Shown here: one piece after another, positions 51,001-64,000 of the stretch | Position numbering within the stretch: the first letter of the stretch is position 1 | Layout of the letters: every line of letters starts with the position of its first letter | From: Anaeramoeba ignava BMAN | Lineage: Eukaryota; Protista; Anaeramoebae | Assembly: GCA_028826165.1 (NCBI GenBank) | Contig: JAPDFW010000118.1 | Location: 110,527 to 174,526, forward strand | Direction: 5' to 3' | Length of the DNA stretch: 64,000 nucleotides | Made by a program: the position numbers and the translations under genes | Notes under the pieces: generated by a model | What the model was told of the DNA's origin: nothing | Databases searched by the model: none | Seen by the model: the letters and a program-made list of their open reading frames with translations, nothing else

Positions 51001-53110
51001 CAACAACTTCTTTTGAATTATATTGGCAAGCAAAATGTAAAGCTGTTTCATTTTTATTTGTTTTTGCATTAACATCAGCTCCTTTGGAAATTAAATATTC
51101 AACAACTTCTTTTGAATTTTTTTGGCAAGCAAAATGTAAAGCTGTTTCATTATCATTTGTTTTTGCATTAACATCAGCTCCTTTGGAAATTAAATATTCA
51201 ACAAATTCAAGTGAACTATCCTCACAAGCAGAATGTAAAATAGTTTCTTTTTCATTTGTTTTTGCATTAACATCAGCTCCATTTTCAACAAAAAGTTTCA
51301 AAAATTCAATTTCGTAAAATGTCTCACAAAGCATATGTAAAAGTGTACTTCCATCAGGTAATTGCTCATTAACATCCGCTCCTTTTGAAATTAGATATTC
51401 AACCATTTCAAATGAAAAATTGCTTCTGCAAGCAATGCTTAAAGGTGATTGATATAAAAATCCTATTATATTAACATCAGCTCCATTTTCAACAAGAACT
51501 TTGACAACTTCGAGTGTATTATTATCGCAAGCATAATGTAAAGCTGTTTCATTTTCATTTGATTTTGCATTAACATCAACTCCTTTTGATATTAAATACT
51601 CAATAACATCTATTTTATTCTTCCCACAAGCATAATGCAAAGTTGTTTTATTTTGTTTTGTTTTTGCATTAACATCAGCTCCTTTGGAAATTAAATATTC
51701 AATAACTTCTTTTGAATTTTTTTGGCAAGCAAAATGTAAAGGAGTTTCATTTTCATTTGTTTTTGCATTAATATCAGCTCCATTTGAAATTAAATATTCA
51801 ATAACTTCTTTTGAACTATTATCACAAGCAAAATGTAAAGGTGTTTTGTTTTCATTTGTTTTTGCATTAATATCAGCTCCATTTTCAACAAGTAATTTCA
51901 CAATTTCAATTTCATTTCTTCGACAAGCAAAATGTAAAGGTGTTTCATCTTTATTTGTTTTTGCATTAATATCAGCTCCTTTGGAAATTAAATATTCAAT
52001 AACTTCTTTTGAATTTTTTTGGCAAGCAAAATGTAAAGGAGTTTCATTATCATTTGTTTTTGCATTAATATCAACTCCATTTGAAATTAAATATTCAATA
52101 ACTTCTTTTGTATTCTTCTCACAAGCAAAATGTAAAGGTGTTTTGTTTTCATTTGTTTTTGCATTAATATCAGCTCCATTCTCAACAAGTAATTTCACAA
52201 TTTCAATTTCATTTCTTCGACAAGCAAAATGTAAAGGTGTTTCATCTTTATTTGTTTTTGCATTAATATCAACTCCATTTGAAATTAAATATTCAATAAC
52301 TTCTTTTGAACTATTCCCACAAGCAAAATGTAAAGGAGTTAAATTTTCATTTGTTTTTGCATTAATATCAGCTCCTTTCTCAACAAGTAATTTCACAATT
52401 TCAATTTCATTTCCCTCACAAGCAAAATGTAAAGGTGTTTCATTTTCATTTGTTTTTGCATTAATATCAAGTCCATTTGTTATTAAATATTCAATAACTT
52501 CTTTTGAACTATTATCACAAGCAAAATGTAAAGTTGTTTCATTTTCATTTGTTTTTGCATTAATATCAAGTCCATTTGAAATTAAATATTCAATAACTTC
52601 TTTTGAATTATATTGACAAGCAAAATGTAAAGTTGTTTTGTTTTGTTTTGTTTTTGCATTAATATCAGCTCCATTTGTTATTAAATATTCAATAACTTCT
52701 TTTGAACTATTCTCACAAGCATAATGTAAAGGTGTTTCATCTTTATTTGTTTTTGCATTAATATCAGCTCCATTTGAAATTAAATATTCAATAACTTCTT
52801 TTGAACTATTCCCACAAGCAAAATGTAAAGGAGTTAAATTTTCATTTGTTTTTGCATTAATATCAGCTCCTTTCGTTATTAAATATTCAATAACTTCTTT
52901 TGAACTATATTGACAAGCAAAATGTAAAGGTGTTTCATCTTTATCTGTTTTTGCATTAATATCAGCTCCTTTTGTTATTAAAAGTTCTATCATTTTTTTT
53001 GAAGCTTTTTTTGCAATTGCAAAATGTAAAATTAGATTGCTTTCTGTTATGGAATCAATTTGTAATAATGCTTGTAAATTATTTTGCTTAATTATTTCCC
53101 AAATATTCAT
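48073..53110 (-). CDS. Ankyrin-repeat protein (about 40 repeats) with two C-terminal BTB/POZ domains; one +1 frameshift near 49605
   Basis: 33-aa repeats GADINAKTxxxETPLHFAC. BTB motifs TDFQI...IGVHKLILLAR and KDFTIIVEEKEIKVHKLILISRSELFKGMF. ORFs 49601..53110 and 48073..49626 are contiguous in repeat register. Confidence 0.9.
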
Positions 53111-53221
53111 TTTAATTAAAAAATAAAAATGAAAAATGAAAAATAATAAATTTTTTTTTTGTTTCTTTTTATACTTTTCGTTTTTTTTTTTTTTTTTAAA
53201 AATTTTTTTAAGTTTCCTTTT

Positions 53222-56200
53222 TCAATTTTCTTGGTTTTCAATAAAATTCCCAATATTTAATTCTCCATTCCCTAATCCAATAATTAAAAATCCTTTTTCA
53301 ATAATTGAAATTGAATAAATTTTTTCTTTTAAATCAACTTTTTGAATTGCTTTTAAATCAATTAATTTTCTAATTTCAAGAGTTCCTTTTTCTCCTCCTA
53401 AAAATATAAAATTTGAATCTTGAGTAATTGAAATTGAATAAATATTTTGTAAACATTTAACTTCTTTTAGTAAATATCCATTAATTGTAAATAATCTTAA
53501 TTTATTAGAATTTTCTGAAAATGTAATAATATTTCCTTCTTTACTTATTTTAATATTTGAAATTGGTTGTTTATCTGATAAAATTATTGATTGAGTAAGT
53601 TTCCCTTTGTTTAATGAATGAAATATTAATTTCCCATCAATAGATCCACTTAAAACAATATCATATTCAATTGATATTGCAACACTTTTCACTTCTTTTT
53701 CATGTTCAAAAAAAATATGTTTTGGATTTTCTTTTACTTTTCCTTCTTTTAAATCAATTTCCCAAACAATTACTCTTGTGTCTCTTGATCCTGTAACAAT
53801 GTATTTCCAATCTATTTTTGAACATGTCACAATATCTATATGCTTCAAAATGCTTTGAGTCATTTTGAAATTTTCAATATCAATTATTTTGAAACTATTA
53901 TCATAAAATCCACAACAAACAATGTATTTCGAATTTTTATCCATTGATAAACATTCTTGAAAATTATTGAAATCATTTGAAAATGAAACTGGAATTTTTT
54001 CTTCATTTTTTTCTTCCATTTGAAAATTAAAATATGATTGATTTGAATTTGAATTTTGGTTGAAATTTTGATTTGAATAAATTAAAGAGAATTTATGTTT
54101 TCCAATATTTCTTTCTTTATCAAATGTGATAATTTTATCAAAATCTCCAAGTATCATCATAACTTCAATCATTTCTGAATAATAAGTGAATATAATAGGA
54201 TTTGAACTTATTGTGAATCTTTTTCTTAAGAAATTTAAAGGTTTGTTTACTAATAAAATATTTTTCCATTCAAAAAACAGGAAAGGAGATGAAGAAAATT
54301 GTTTTTCAATTTCTTTTTTTGTAAATCTTTTTGGATGTTTTTTGGTAAATAATTGAGTTGGAATCTGTCCTTTTCTCTGTACTTCTTTTTTGATTTCTTC
54401 TTTAAAATTTGAAAAATTGGTATTTTCTTCATATGAATTTGTGTGAAATAAATTGAATGATTTTTTGGTTTGTTTTCCTTGTTTATATCCAAATATTAAA
54501 TCAATCCATTCATTAATATTTTCTGAAACATATTCTGATTCAAGTGCTTCTTTATGTATTTGAATAAATTCTTCTGCTGTTTTAGCCCATTTTGGAAGTT
54601 CAACATTTGAAATTTCATTTTCATTTTCATTTTCATTTTCATATTTATTCAATATTTTTGGTTTTCTTAAAAAATCTGGTAAATGGAAAAATTCTGGAAT
54701 AAGTTCTCCAATAAAATTATTTGTTTCTTTAATCATTTTCCATGTTTTTGGAATTGATTTGAAAATTGAATATTTTTCTTTTAAACAAATCGAAGTAAAT
54801 GGTTCTAATCTTATCAAATAAGATGAAACAATTTCTGCAGTTGAATAAAATTTTTGAAAATCGAATTCATATTCTTTTCGGTTTAATTGATGTTTTTCGA
54901 AATAAGTAGCTATATTACTATTTAATATTCCAATAGGTCTTGATAAATCTCTAAATATTTTGGGATTGCTAAGATCTATTTTTTCACATTCATAATCAGA
55001 AATAATCCATGGGAAAATTGGATATTGTGAAAGATCTTGATATGTTCTTCCTGATATTGTGTTTAAATACATAAGATATGAAAAGTTGGATATTTTTCTT
55101 TCTTGCCATTTTTTTGTAATTTGTGTTTTTTCAATCCATTTAGTTGATTCATTTCCTGAATAATTATATTTGAATAAATCAATATTTGTTAATTTGTGAT
55201 TTTGGATTTTTTCATAAACTTCATTTCTTTTTTCTATTGTTGAAAAATTAAAAAATTTGCATTTTCTATTTTCAAGAAATATTTCTAATGCTGAATGTTT
55301 AAAATTATATCTTCTTTTATGAATTGATTTAATCATTTCAATTTCCCACAAATAATTCTTTTCTTTGTCTTTCTGTGAATCAAAAAAATTAATTGAATTT
55401 TCTGTAATTTCAATAGTTCCTTTTGTTACTTCTTTTTTGGAAATGATTTCACATTTTGTTATAAATAATTTATTGTTTTTAATTTTCAATTTTTCATTTT
55501 GGATTTTTGATAATTGATCTGAAACTTCATTCATTTTGTTTTTGATTTTTTGATTTAATTTTATCAAATTCTTTTTATTTTTATTTTCTTGTTTATCATT
55601 TTTTTGTGAATAAAATTTGATTTTCTTTTGTCTTCTCAATTCGTCTTCAATTTCTGAAAGTTTAAGATGATAATTTTGCTGTTGGTTCTTTTTAGATTCT
55701 TTATCCAAAATATTTAATGAATTTTCAATCATTTTTTTGAATTCTTTTAAGGAATTCATTTTGTTTTCTTCTTGATTAATTTCTGTTTTTAATCTTCTTT
55801 TGTTTTCTTTTAAAACTATGTTTTGTTTTTGTTTTTCAATTTTGTTTGAAATTAATACAACTTCTTTTTGTTTAATCTTAAATTCTTGAAGAAATATTTT
55901 TTTCAAAAAAGCTATATTATTTGATTGAATTTTAATAAATTCTTTTTCATTTTCTTCAATATCTCTTAAAATTTTTCCATTTATTGGAGAAAAAAAAATC
56001 TTTACTGCTTTTTTCCATTTTTCTTTCATTACTTCTTCTTCAAATTCTTCAATATTTTTACATGTTAACACAAATGAATTTTTTGGATTTCTATTAAGTA
56101 AATTTTGTTTTTTGTTTTGATTTGAAAATAAATTAAATAAGAAATCATAATTTTCTAATATAATCATTTTTAAATTTGATAAGAAAAGCTTTCTTTTTGC

Positions 56201-59200
56201 TTTTCTTTGATTTTCATTTTCATTTTGATTATTTTCATTTTGAATATAGGAAAATAAAAATGAAAAACAAATTATAATTAACTCCTGTGTATTTTGAATT
56301 TGGGTTGATTTGAAATTTGATAATTTATTGATAATTTCATTTAATTTTGAAATAAGAAAATTAGTTAATTTAATATCTGATGTTGGGATTGTTGCAAAAA
56401 TTAAGAAAATGATCATTTTGTAAATTGTTCTTGTTTCTTCTTTGTTTTTGTTTTCGATTTGTTTTTCTTTGAAAAATTCAAATTTTTCCAAAATAAGAAT
56501 TAAATTTTTCAAAATTTCTGTTTTTGCAGATAAATCATGCTTAACTTTTAAAATACTATTTAAGTTGATTTCATTGTTTAAATTGATATTTTGATTTAAT
56601 TTTTTAGTTTTGAGTATTTTTGTAAAATGTTTTGAAATTGTTGTTTGAATAAATTGATTTTGGTTTTGAATTTCTATAATTGAAAATTGAAATTCATTTT
56701 TTGATAAAATAAAAACTGTTCCATTTAATACTTTGATTAAATAAAATAAATTCTTGAAAAAATCTTCTTTTGGAATATTTGTTATTGTTGAAATTGATGT
56801 TATAAAGTATCGAGTATTATCATTGTTATCAATTTCTTGGTTTGAATTACGATTAAGATCTTCAAAAATATCATTTATTATTCTTTTAATTATTTTAGGG
56901 ATTGTTTCTTTGTTTGTTGATGAAAAATGAACTAAATAAACAGATGAAAGAAATTTTTCAAATATTTCTGGGAAATTGTAAGATGGATGATGGAAACAAT
57001 AAATAAACATTAACTTGAAAATGTTAAAAATGATTTCATTAACATATTTTTGATTTTCATTTTCATTTTCATTTTCATTTTCATTTTCATTTTGATCTTC
57101 TTTTTGTTGTAAATAATTGAAATTTATTAAATAATTTAACCATTTTTGCCATTCAGTTTCTGAAAGAATTTTCTCTTTATTTAAATTATTTTCTGCTATT
57201 AAAACGAATATTTTGTTGAAGTTAATAATATCAAATAATTTTGGTAAATGATTGAAAATTTCACAAATTGTTTCTAAAATGAATGGATTTTGAATAAATG
57301 TAATTTTTGATTTATCATTTATATTTCCATAAATCATCATTTTGAAAAGAATATCTATAATTCCTTTTGTTATTTGATTTATATTGTCTATCAATATATT
57401 GTGAATCAATGGATAAAAATCTTTCAATTTATTCATTTCAAATCTTTTTTTCTTCTTCAAATTTTGATTTGTTTCTTGATCTTCTTCTTGATTTTCATTA
57501 AGATAAATATCAATAAAATGAATAACTTCAAGACATAACTCAATTATTTTTGTGTTCTTTTTGTTTTCTTTCATTAATTGTATCAATGATTTGAATAATT
57601 CAACTGAAAATGGTTTTTTCAAATTTAATTTTGGATTTTTCTTTATAATTTGATAAATAATTTCAAGTGTTTTTCCTATAAAATATTGTGTTTTAGAAAT
57701 GAGACATGATGAAATCAAAGATTTTATGTATTCTAATTTTGAAATATCATTTCCAATTTGATCAAAAAGAATTTCAATAATTGAAAATAAATTTTGTGAT
57801 AATTCATCAATTTGATTTCTAAAATTGGAATAATGAATAGATGAATTTGATTTTTGTATTTTGTTTAAAGATTCATCATAATAATTCAATATAATTAATA
57901 AATCGAAAATTGTAATATTTTGATTTTGATTTTCAATTTCATTTTCAATTTCATTTTCAATTTCATTTTCATTTTCATTTTTAGATATGATTTTTTTCTG
58001 AATTTCAAAATTGAAATTTCTCCAAATTTGATAATCAAAAATTAAATGATTTTTAAGTTGTATTTGGAATTTTTCATTTTGAATTTTTTCTTTCAATTTT
58101 TTGATAAGATGATAAATTTGGTTTGAAAAATATTTTGAATGAATTGATTTTAGTATTAAACCGAATATTGGGAATTTTTGTTTTTGGATCATTTCTTCTT
58201 GAAAAAATAAATCGTTTAATAAAATATCTTGAATTATTTTTAATATTTCTTCGAAAAGTAATTTTGTGTTGTTTTCATTTTCAATATCATTATCATTTAC
58301 ATTTTCAATATCTAATGAAATTTGGGAAATATTTTCAATTTCAATATCTTTATCTTTTTCAATTTCAATTTCAATTTCAATTTCTTTTTCAGTATCATCT
58401 GATGTTGATATTTCTTTTTCAACAGAAAATGATCTTTCAGATGAATTTTCATTTACAATATGAAAAATTTTTGATTTGTTTTTGTTGAATTCTTCTTCTT
58501 GAAACAATTCATCAATTTCAAGAATTAAATAAAAAAATGTTTCAATTCTTCCTAAACAGTGAATAATATCTTGTATTTTAGTTCTTGTAAATGAATAAAT
58601 ATTACCTATTTTTGAATATTCTTTGTTAATATTTGTTTGGTTTTGGTTTAAACATAAATTTTCTTTTGTTTCTTTTGGATTATGATAAATTATTATTTTT
58701 TGAGTTAATTTCCCATTTAAAATTTCTTTTAATTCTTTTTCAATTTTTGGATTTGAATTTGAATATTTGAAAGTTTCATTTTGATAAAAAAATGAATTAT
58801 AATTCGCTCCAAGAAATTGAATTGCTTTGATTTGGTTTTCATTAAGAAATTCTTTGAAAATATAAATTGTTCCCATTTGTCCATAAAATGATTTTATTCT
58901 TGTTTTTGTTTTTTGATTTTGGTTTGAGAATATAAAATTTGATCCAATTTCATTTTTGATAAAAGGTTGTTTTTCAATTCCAATTTTTTTGATTAATATT
59001 TTTTTTGTTTTTTGTTGATTCCCATCAAGATAAATTGTTATTTCAAGTTCTGAATTTGATTTGTTGTATTTCTGTGTGAAAACGAAAAAATACCATTTTT
59101 TGATTTCAATCTCAAATGGAAATTTTGTTTGAATTATTTGATTTTCTTGATTTGAATTAAATTTATAAATAAATGATTTTGGTTTTTTGTTTTCCTTGTT

Positions 59201-62200
59201 AAATTCCAAAAATAATTCAATTCCTTTTGAATTTTTTGTTAAAAAACTAAATATTTTGTTTTTGTAATCATTTTCATTTGATAAAGAAATATTATTGATT
59301 TGAAAATCTTCAATTCTTATCCAAGTAACAAAACTAAATTTTTTGGAAATTAAATCATTTTTGAAACTTGGAAGCTTAATATTTGAGTTTTCTTGATAAA
59401 AATCATAGAAATTTATTGAGTTTTGATTTTGATTTTGATTTTGATTTTGATTTATCATTTTTCTTAATTCAATTAACATTAATTTTGCGAATTGATTTCT
59501 TTTTCTTTTTCTTAATTTATGTTTCAAAATGGAAAAATATTGTTTCATTTCAGAAACAAGGAATTGATGTGTTCCAAGTTTTCCAATAAATTGAATAATT
59601 TTTTTGAATAAATTTAAATTTTGAATTTTGAGAATTAATTCAAATAAAAATGAAATGATTCCTTTTTCACAACAACAATAAATATTATGAATTGATTTTT
59701 CACAAATTTGATTGAATATTTCCAAAACTTCATTAAATTCATATTCAATAAATTCAATTATTTGATTATTGTTATTGTTATTTTCATTTTGATTTTCATT
59801 TTGATTTTGAGAATAAGTTCCCAAAATAATATTTATCATATTTTTGTTTCTGATAATATAATTATTTTCTATTGAAAATTTCCCATTGTTAATCATTAAA
59901 TCTAAAAGAATTTCAAATAATTTTTTTGTTGGTTTGCCTTTTTCTGTTTCGTAAAGTAATTTAATAAATTCTGATTGTGGGATTAATTGATGGAATTCAT
60001 AAACCATTACTTCATTGTTTCTGATAAGTTCTTTCAAAAATGTTAAAATAAGATGAGTTGATTTTTGTTCTTTTTCATTCAATAATGTTCTGAAAATGAA
60101 TAATAATTTTGAATTTAAAATTATTTTTTGAATAACTTCTCGATTTTTGGAAATTGATTTTGAACATTTTGAAAAAAGTTTTTTAACATCATTAAATTCA
60201 ATTTCATTTGATTTTTCTTGATTTTGATTTGAAATGATTTTTTGAATTAAAAAAAGAATTTTTTGAAATAGATAAGAAATGAATTGATTTTCATTTTTTC
60301 CTTTGGAGTTTTTTGTTTTTTCAATAATTTTTGGAATATGAATTAAAGAAATTTGTTGAGTGATTTTGTTTTCAAATAATTTAATCAGAATATTAGCAAT
60401 TTCTTCATTTTGGAAAATAATTTTAATATTGGAATTTTGAAGTAATAAATCTAAAATTTCTAAACATAAATTAATTGTTTGATTTTGATTTTGATTTTTT
60501 TGAATTGAATGAAATAAAATTTTTTGAATTTCTCGAAATCCTTCAACTTGAATAATTTTATTTGATGAAATTTGGTGATTTTTTTTGATAAGTTCAGTTA
60601 TCATTTTTAAAAATCGATTTAACAAAAATAAATTTGATTTGATATTCTGATTTTTGGAAATTTGATTAAATAAAAATTTATAATCAAAATCTTCTTGATA
60701 TTTTAAAAGAACATTAAACATGAAATCAATTAATAATGTTTGTAAATCTGAATTCATTTGATTTAATTTAATCTTTTCATTTTCTTCAATCTAATTTAAA
60801 TTAAATTTAAAATTAAAAGAAAAAGAAATTAATTAATTAATTAATAAAATGAAATTTTTTTTTTGTTACATTTAAATTATTGAAATTTTTTCTGATGAAA
60901 TAATCAGAAAAACAAATTTCCCATCCTTTATTTTTTTGGAAAAATATAAGAGTTTCTTTATCATTATCATTAACAATCATTCTCTTGAATTCAATTAAGA
61001 TATACATTTGGAGTTGTGGATAAATATTTTTGATAAATTTTTGAATTTTAAGGATTTTTTGATTTGATAAAATATGAATTAAAGATGAATTTTCATTTTG
61101 GTTTTCTGGATTTTTGAATAAATCAAGATGAGTTAAAATTAATCTTTCTTTGAAATTATTAACTTTTCTTTTGTTTTCATTTGTAAATTTATCTAATTCT
61201 TTTCTGATATTTTCTTTTGATAAATTATTTATATTTCTATTTGATTTCCCAATATTTTGGAAATTTCGGAAATGATCAAAAAGAGTATCCAAATAATGAT
61301 TGTATAAATTGATTTCTGATATTTTTTTTGGATTGATATCTTGATTTTCATTTTGATTTTCATTTTGATTTTCATTTTCAATTTCATTCCAATTCTTTGA
61401 TATTCTTGGTTTAAGATAATAAGAAACCCAAAGAATAAAATCACCAAGATATAAAATATTATTATTGTTGATAATTTGTTCAATTATATTTTCTTTTTCT
61501 ATAATTTTAGTGAGAAATTTGAAAATATTTGATTCAAAATCAAATTCTAAATATATCAAATTTCCTTTTGAAATTTTCAAATTTTGTGAAATGAAACGAT
61601 TTTCTTCTTTCTTAATTTTTGGATCAAAGATGAAGAAATTTGTTTGGAAAAAATCTTTAATTTCATTTTGATTTTCTTCATTTGAAAATCCAATATTTGG
61701 AAGAAATGATGATAAATTTGGAGGTTTAAAAAATGGTAAAAGAAATGAAATTAATTCAATCTTTTCTTTTTCTGTTAATAAATTTAATTCATAACAAATT
61801 TCTAAATTTTCAAGAATTTGTAATTGAATTTCGAATTGTTTTTGCGTAAAAATGAATGATTTTCTGATATTTAAATTAATTTCAAAACATTCTATTTTTA
61901 TATTTTTAAATTTTTAAATTTAAATTTATAATTATAATTTTAATTTTAATTTTAATTTACCAATTAATAATGAAATTATTTTTGTTTTTTTAAATGATTC
62001 TAAAATTTTTTCATTTGGAAAAACTTGTCTTGGTCTAAAAAATTGATTTAAAATTTCCATAGTTTCTGAAAGAATAAATTGTGATTCAATTAAATAATAA
62101 ATTGAAAGTGAAGAATTTGATTTCTTTTTTGTGTTTTTTTTTTGAAAAAGAGGAAGAAATGATTAATCAAAAGAGAAAAAATATATTGTTTTTTGTTTAC

Positions 62201-63597
62201 TCTTAAATTTTCCATTAATTTTAAAAGATGGTTTGTAATTTTCAATAAATCTTGAATAATTTGAAAAATTCCATTTTCAAATAAAATTTGTCGATTAAAT
62301 TTTGATTTTGAAATGATTGAAATTATTGATAAAGAAATTAAATCTTTATGAGCTTGAATGCTTTCTTTTTCTTTTTCTTTTTGAATAATTTCTATTTTTG
62401 TTTAGAAATTTAATTTTTTCAATATTTTTTATAATAATAATTATTATTATAATAATAATAATCATCAAAACCTTTAATAAGATCTTTTGAATAAGTTAAT
62501 AAACTAATCATGAAATGGATAAATTTTATTGGATGAGCTTCTTTTTGTGAAATTGCTTCATTAATCTCTTCATTTTCAAAATATTTTTCATTTTCATTTT
62601 CATTTTCAATTTCATTTTGTTTTGATTTTGTTTGAATTGGATCCCATTTTTGAAATGAATTCCGAAATAATAAACAAAATTCAATAATTTTTTCATTAAT
62701 CTAAAAGAAAAAAAATAAGAAACTTGAATATTTTTTTTTTGTATTTGTTGTTCAAATTAAAAAAATTTTTTTTTACTTCAGTGTAATATTTCGATATAAT
62801 TTCTTTCCAAATTTTAAAAAGTTGATTTCCATTTGGAAAACTTGTAAAAAATTCTTTTTCTTTTTGCTCTTCAATTTGTTCCAATTTTTCCTTTTTATTT
62901 TTATTTTTATTTTTTTAATTTTTTTGAAATGAATTAATTTCATATTTTATTTTACAATTTTTGAAAGATCTTTTTCTCGATTTGATTTTTGTTGAAATTT
63001 TTCAATAATTTCTTCTTTGTTTTCAATTTTTTGATTTAGAGAAATTAATCCAAAAAAATTATTGATTTGATTTTGATTTAAGTTTTTTTCAAAATTTGGA
63101 TTTGAAATGATAATTTGAACATTTTGGAAAATGAATTCTTGACAAATTTGTAAAAGATTTTTTGATTTAATTTTTTGAGTTTTGAAATACATTTCCAAAA
63201 TATTTTCAACATTTAAAATCAATTCAATTTCAAGTTCAATTTTTGTTTTGATTTCTTTTGATTTGATTTGGTTTGCAAAATTAAAATATTCTTCAAATTT
63301 TTGTTTATCAAATTTAAATTTTCCGTTATAAAAAAATTTAATTATTGGTTTAACAATTTCTGAACTAAAATTCTTAAAATGGATTGAATTTGTTTGATTC
63401 TCTTTTGTTTTTATCATAAAATATTTTGAACGAGATTCTAAAATAAATTTATGGCAAGGAATTGAAATTTTATCTTTTCCGCAATAAATTTTAAAATCTG
63501 AACTTTCTTCATTTTCAAAAATTAAGCCAATTTGTTTGTTTGCTTGTTTTATTAAGAATTTATTGAATTTCTTTAATTTTAACTTATTTTTATTCAT
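53222..63597 (-). CDS. BEACH-domain protein (neurobeachin/NBEAL-like: ConA, PH-BEACH, WD40) with a predicted N-terminal BTB exon
   Basis: Exons 63597-62956, 62890-62777, 62700-62472, 62391-62201, 62123-61961, 61891-60870 and 60790-53222, all GT-AG with consistent phase. BEACH motifs ISNFSYLMYLNTISGRTYQDLSQYPIFPW, ELIPEFF, LPKWA, ALESEYVS..INEWIDLIFGYKQ. C-terminal WD40 (VTGSRD, LSGSIDG). BTB SDFKIYC...IPCHKFILESRSKYF. Confidence 0.8.
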
Positions 63598-63699
63598 TTT
63601 TGCTTTTTAAAAAAAGGGAAAAAAAATGAAAGAAAATTTAAAATTTAATTTAAAATTTTAACTTAAAAATTAAATCTATAAATTATCATTTTAAACATA

Positions 63700-64000
63700 A
63701 AATTAAATATAAAATTATATTTTTAAATTAATTTATAAATTAAATATTAAATTAAATCTATTCCCATTCTTTATATTTTCATTTCAAAATATCTAAATAA
63801 TAAAATATTTAAATTTAAAACATTAAATTATTATTTTAATAATAAAATTAAATATTAAATTATATTTTTAAATTATTTTATAAATTAAATATTAAATTAA
63901 ATCTATTTTCATTTTTATATTTATATGTTAAATAATTAAATAATAAAAATATTTAAATTTAAAAACATTAAATTATTATTTAATAATAAAATTAAATATT
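63700..64000. repeat. Tandem duplication of about 145-nt AT-rich unit
   Basis: ATAAATTAAATATTAAATTAAATCTATT appears twice, with its ATCTA core ending at 63760 and at 63905. Confidence 0.75.

Noticed and set aside
49154-52616. Long plus-strand ORFs opposite the ankyrin gene
   Set aside because: Antisense shadows of a repeat that lacks stop codons in that frame.
1-64000. Stop-codon reassignment, tRNA/rRNA genes, transposase or reverse transcriptase
   Set aside because: Genes end in TAA or TGA, and long exons have no in-frame stops other than at indels. No structured RNA or mobile-element coding motifs were recognised by eye.

Overview
Very AT-rich, gene-dense eukaryotic nuclear DNA with spliceosomal introns and the standard genetic code. 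A hydrogenosomal-type malic enzyme, a bacterial-like CoA-disulfide reductase-rhodanese with an organelle presequence, BTB/ankyrin proteins and ENQNQ microsatellites point to an anaerobic protist, plausibly a metamonad such as Anaeramoeba (inference only). I reconstructed about 14 protein-coding loci by hand: an AGC kinase (truncated at the window edge), a CH-domain protein with multiple PH-like repeats, a formate/nitrite transporter, malic enzyme, an NAA60-like acetyltransferase, CoADR-rhodanese, spatacsin (SPG11), an orphan type I membrane protein, TMEM230, a giant VLIG/GBP-type GTPase-Cys/His-vWA gene plus an internally deleted tandem copy, NELF-B, an ankyrin-BTB protein, and a BEACH protein that appears to splice onto an N-terminal BTB exon. 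Large introns are filled with AT-rich tandem repeats. Highlights are a probable non-canonical AT-AC intron in NELF-B, a 6-nt microexon in malic enzyme, a compact anaerobic redox/transport gene group, an immune-like GTPase with a GTPase-less neighbouring copy, a DARPin-like shuffled ankyrin array and a BTB-BEACH fusion. Many single-base frameshifts (mostly +1) are most simply homopolymer assembly errors. No database search was run; family assignments come from recalled motifs.
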